Origin: a virus | Taxonomy: Duplodnaviria > Caudoviricetes | DNA length: 37,446 nt | Virus record (IMG/VR): IMGVR_UViG_3300029822_001161 | Span: 1 to 37,446 of that record | Strand: one strand, 5' to 3' | Shown: positions 35,650 through 37,446 of the stretch, piece after piece | How positions within the stretch are numbered: position 1 is the stretch's first letter | How the letters are laid out: each line of letters begins with the position of its first letter | Translations under genes and position numbers: made by a program | Notes under the pieces: generated by a model | Told to the model about the DNA's origin: nothing | Database searches by the model: none | Seen by the model: only the letters and a program-made list of their open reading frames with translations

Positions 35650-35700
35650 AGCCGGGGCACTGCCATTATAGCCATTACAGCAGTGCCCCGGCTGTTTTTT
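35650..35700 (+). terminator. Late operon intrinsic terminator
   Basis: 14-bp perfect stem AGCCGGGGCACTGC/GCAGTGCCCCGGCT followed by GTTTTTT. Confidence 0.85.
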
Positions 35701-35724
35701 GCAATTCACTTGATAAATATTTCG

Positions 35725-36246
35725 CTATGCTTTCCAGAGAGATAGAAGCTCTTTTATTTGCTCTTCATTTAAGGTGTAATTTATGGATTCAAGTTGTTCT
35801 TCTTCTAGAAAAGGCTTCCACCATTCAAGCATACGTCGATAGCGTCGGAGTGTGGGACCATGGCTATTTAAATCTCTTCTCGGATTTCCTTGTAGTAGCT
35901 CCTCATAGCGCCCTAATTCATTTAGATAAAATGTTGCATATCCATAATGATACTCTTCGCTGGTCATATCGAACCCAGAAAAAAGTATATCATTGGGAGA
36001 AATATCAGTCTCAGGAAGATTTTTATAAGATATAGTGATTGAACGGTACATATCAAGTATGTCTATGACTTCGTTGCAAACATCTAGCGGTGTCTCGGAG
36101 TTTAAGCCGCTGCTTAATTCTCTGTAGTTATAGGTGTACCCTCTTTCGATAAATGTTAATCGTTCTTTGTAATCGCCAGGATAAAGCTTCTCTAGTATTC
36201 TTAACTGATTAGCTATAATGATCCTTTCCACTACTGTTAATTCCAT
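35725..36246 (-). CDS. yfbU: YfbU family protein
   Basis: ERIIIANQLRILEKL, VIDILDMY, FSGFD...E and NSHG...YRRML. Confidence 0.88.
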   Translation of the reverse strand: MELTVVERIIIANQLRILEKLYPGDYKERLTFIERGYTYNYRELSSGLNSETPLDVCNEVIDILDMYRSITISYKNLPETDISPNDILFSGFDMTSEEYHYGYATFYLNELGRYEELLQGNPRRDLNSHGPTLRRYRRMLEWWKPFLEEEQLESINYTLNEEQIKELLSLWKA

Positions 36247-36284
36247 AATATGTTCCTCCCCCTGATTAATAGTTCCTATATTTC

Positions 36285-36327
36285 AGTATAGATTGCTTTT
36301 TATAGATCATCAAACAAACGCTTGTTC
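36285..36327 (-). promoter_or_regulatory. Putative yfbU promoter with adjacent SOS-box-like site
   Basis: Minus strand TTGATG-17 bp-TATACT; GAACAAGCGTTT at 36316-36327. Confidence 0.5.
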
Positions 36328-36417
36328 TCATAGCCTTATCTGTCTTTCCCAGTGTTCCACTATTAACATCAAGACAGCTATAAAACATAGTGCCAACTAT
36401 AATACTCGGGACTCTAT

Positions 36418-36433
36418 TATTTCATGTGGAATA
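36418..36433. promoter_or_regulatory. parS/NBS-like palindrome, copy 4 (intergenic)
   Basis: TATTTCATGTGGAATA. Confidence 0.55.
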
Positions 36434-36450
36434 ATCATAATAGCGCTTGC

Positions 36451-36480
36451 TTGACTCATGTATTTGCTGTCTGTCATAAT
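36451..36480 (+). promoter_or_regulatory. Putative promoter of the AbiTii-domain gene
   Basis: TTGACT, 18 bp, CATAAT with extended -10 TG. Confidence 0.5.
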
Positions 36481-36522
36481 TAAATTAAAGGTTACTAAAA
36501 CTATATAAAGGGGGATAATGTC

Positions 36523-37446
36523 GTGCCGCTTTTAAGGGATATCCAAGATGCAGCAGTAGATAACAACATAGATATCTGTAATTTGCTTCGTAAATGTAAG
36601 ATACTAGCAGCAAGATTAAACAATAAGGAATTTAGCGACTGGATAGACTATGAGCTAAATGGGTATAATGATAAAGGAGATCTCCCAATATACAGAGTTC
36701 TAAATACACAGTCGTATGGCTTTTTCGCTGGGCCATTTGGTAGTAGCATGGACAATGCTCCTATTCCGCCATCTTGCATACCTAAAGAGGTAAGCTATAT
36801 GACCACAACATCTTATCTCATAGGGCCAATAAGCGCTTATGCCGCACTTGTTAACGATGCAAAAAACACGGGTGAGAATTTTAAAGACCCATGGCCGCAA
36901 GATATGGTAACTCGTTTTGCTAATGACATATATGAAAATATGGCCTGTTTGAGTGCATGGAAGATGATTCCGTATGGAGCGATGGTTTCAGTTATTGACA
37001 CAATCAAGACAAGAATACTTGATTTCTCGTTAGCCATTGAAAAAGAAGCTCCCGATGCTGGAGAAGCGCCACAAAACACATCGCCAGTACCTCAAGAGAA
37101 AGTGTCGCAAATTTTTACCACTTATATTACAGGTAATGTGCAAAATGTTGCTTTAGGTAACGATAATGTCTCACAAGATGGCGAGTTTAATGTAACTGCC
37201 GGTGATTTATCAAGTCTTAAAAGTGCTTTAGATTCGCTGGGGGTATCGAATAAAGATTTTGATGACCTTAAAGCTGCTATACAGGCAGATAAGGATCCTA
37301 ACGATAAACCTGCCTATGGAGAGAACACTAAGTCATGGCTTGAAAAGATGGTTTCCCACGCGGAGGCTGGAGCCTTAGCTGTTGGTACATCAGTTGCATC
37401 TACTATGCTCAGTAATTACTTATTCAGCTTTTTCGGAATGCAATAA
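36523..37446 (+). CDS. AbiTii-domain protein (candidate anti-phage defence)
   Basis: LLRKCKILAARL...WIDYELNGY...LPIYR N-terminal signature; AT-rich. Confidence 0.8.
   Translation: MPLLRDIQDAAVDNNIDICNLLRKCKILAARLNNKEFSDWIDYELNGYNDKGDLPIYRVLNTQSYGFFAGPFGSSMDNAPIPPSCIPKEVSYMTTTSYLIGPISAYAALVNDAKNTGENFKDPWPQDMVTRFANDIYENMACLSAWKMIPYGAMVSVIDTIKTRILDFSLAIEKEAPDAGEAPQNTSPVPQEKVSQIFTTYITGNVQNVALGNDNVSQDGEFNVTAGDLSSLKSALDSLGVSNKDFDDLKAAIQADKDPNDKPAYGENTKSWLEKMVSHAEAGALAVGTSVASTMLSNYLFSFFGMQ

Larger units (their letters stand above)
1..37446. mobile_element. Temperate prophage (lambda-like head, P2-like contractile tail); att sites not resolved in window
   Basis: Ordered integrase, immunity, replication, packaging, head, tail and lysis modules, with cargo genes at the right end. 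Confidence 0.97.

Noticed and set aside
35526-36035. 169-aa plus-strand ORF
   Set aside because: It crosses the late terminator and lies antisense to yfbU; no motifs.

Overview
A near-complete temperate prophage spans the whole window, from the integrase stop codon at base 1 to a cargo gene ending at base 37446. No attR is visible. Left arm on the minus strand: tyrosine integrase, a membrane protein with a WYL-like domain, and a LexA/CI-type repressor. Early genes on the plus strand: Cro-like and Xis-like HTH proteins, a full-length DnaN-like beta sliding clamp, small hypothetical genes separated by structured non-coding elements, an initiator containing an 11-bp iteron array, and a DnaC/IstB-like loader. 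Late genes: HNH nuclease, ParB-N/DNA methyltransferase, a lambda-like cos site and head module (TerS, GpA-type TerL, gpW-like adaptor, portal, ClpP-scaffold, decoration protein, gpE-type capsid), and a P2-like contractile tail with a -1 frameshift chaperone. A four-gene insert lies between the tape measure and tail X genes. A holin/amidase lysis cassette follows, then two divergent AT-rich cargo genes (YfbU family and AbiTii domain). Most unusual observations: four dispersed copies of a 16-bp palindrome that is a parS/Noc-site hybrid, two related structured RNA elements in the early region (one tRNA-like with a possible pseudoknot), an uncalled 51-aa C4C4 RING-like gene in the tail operon, and the membrane-anchored WYL-like protein in the immunity operon. 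All family calls come from reading motifs by eye; no searches were run.
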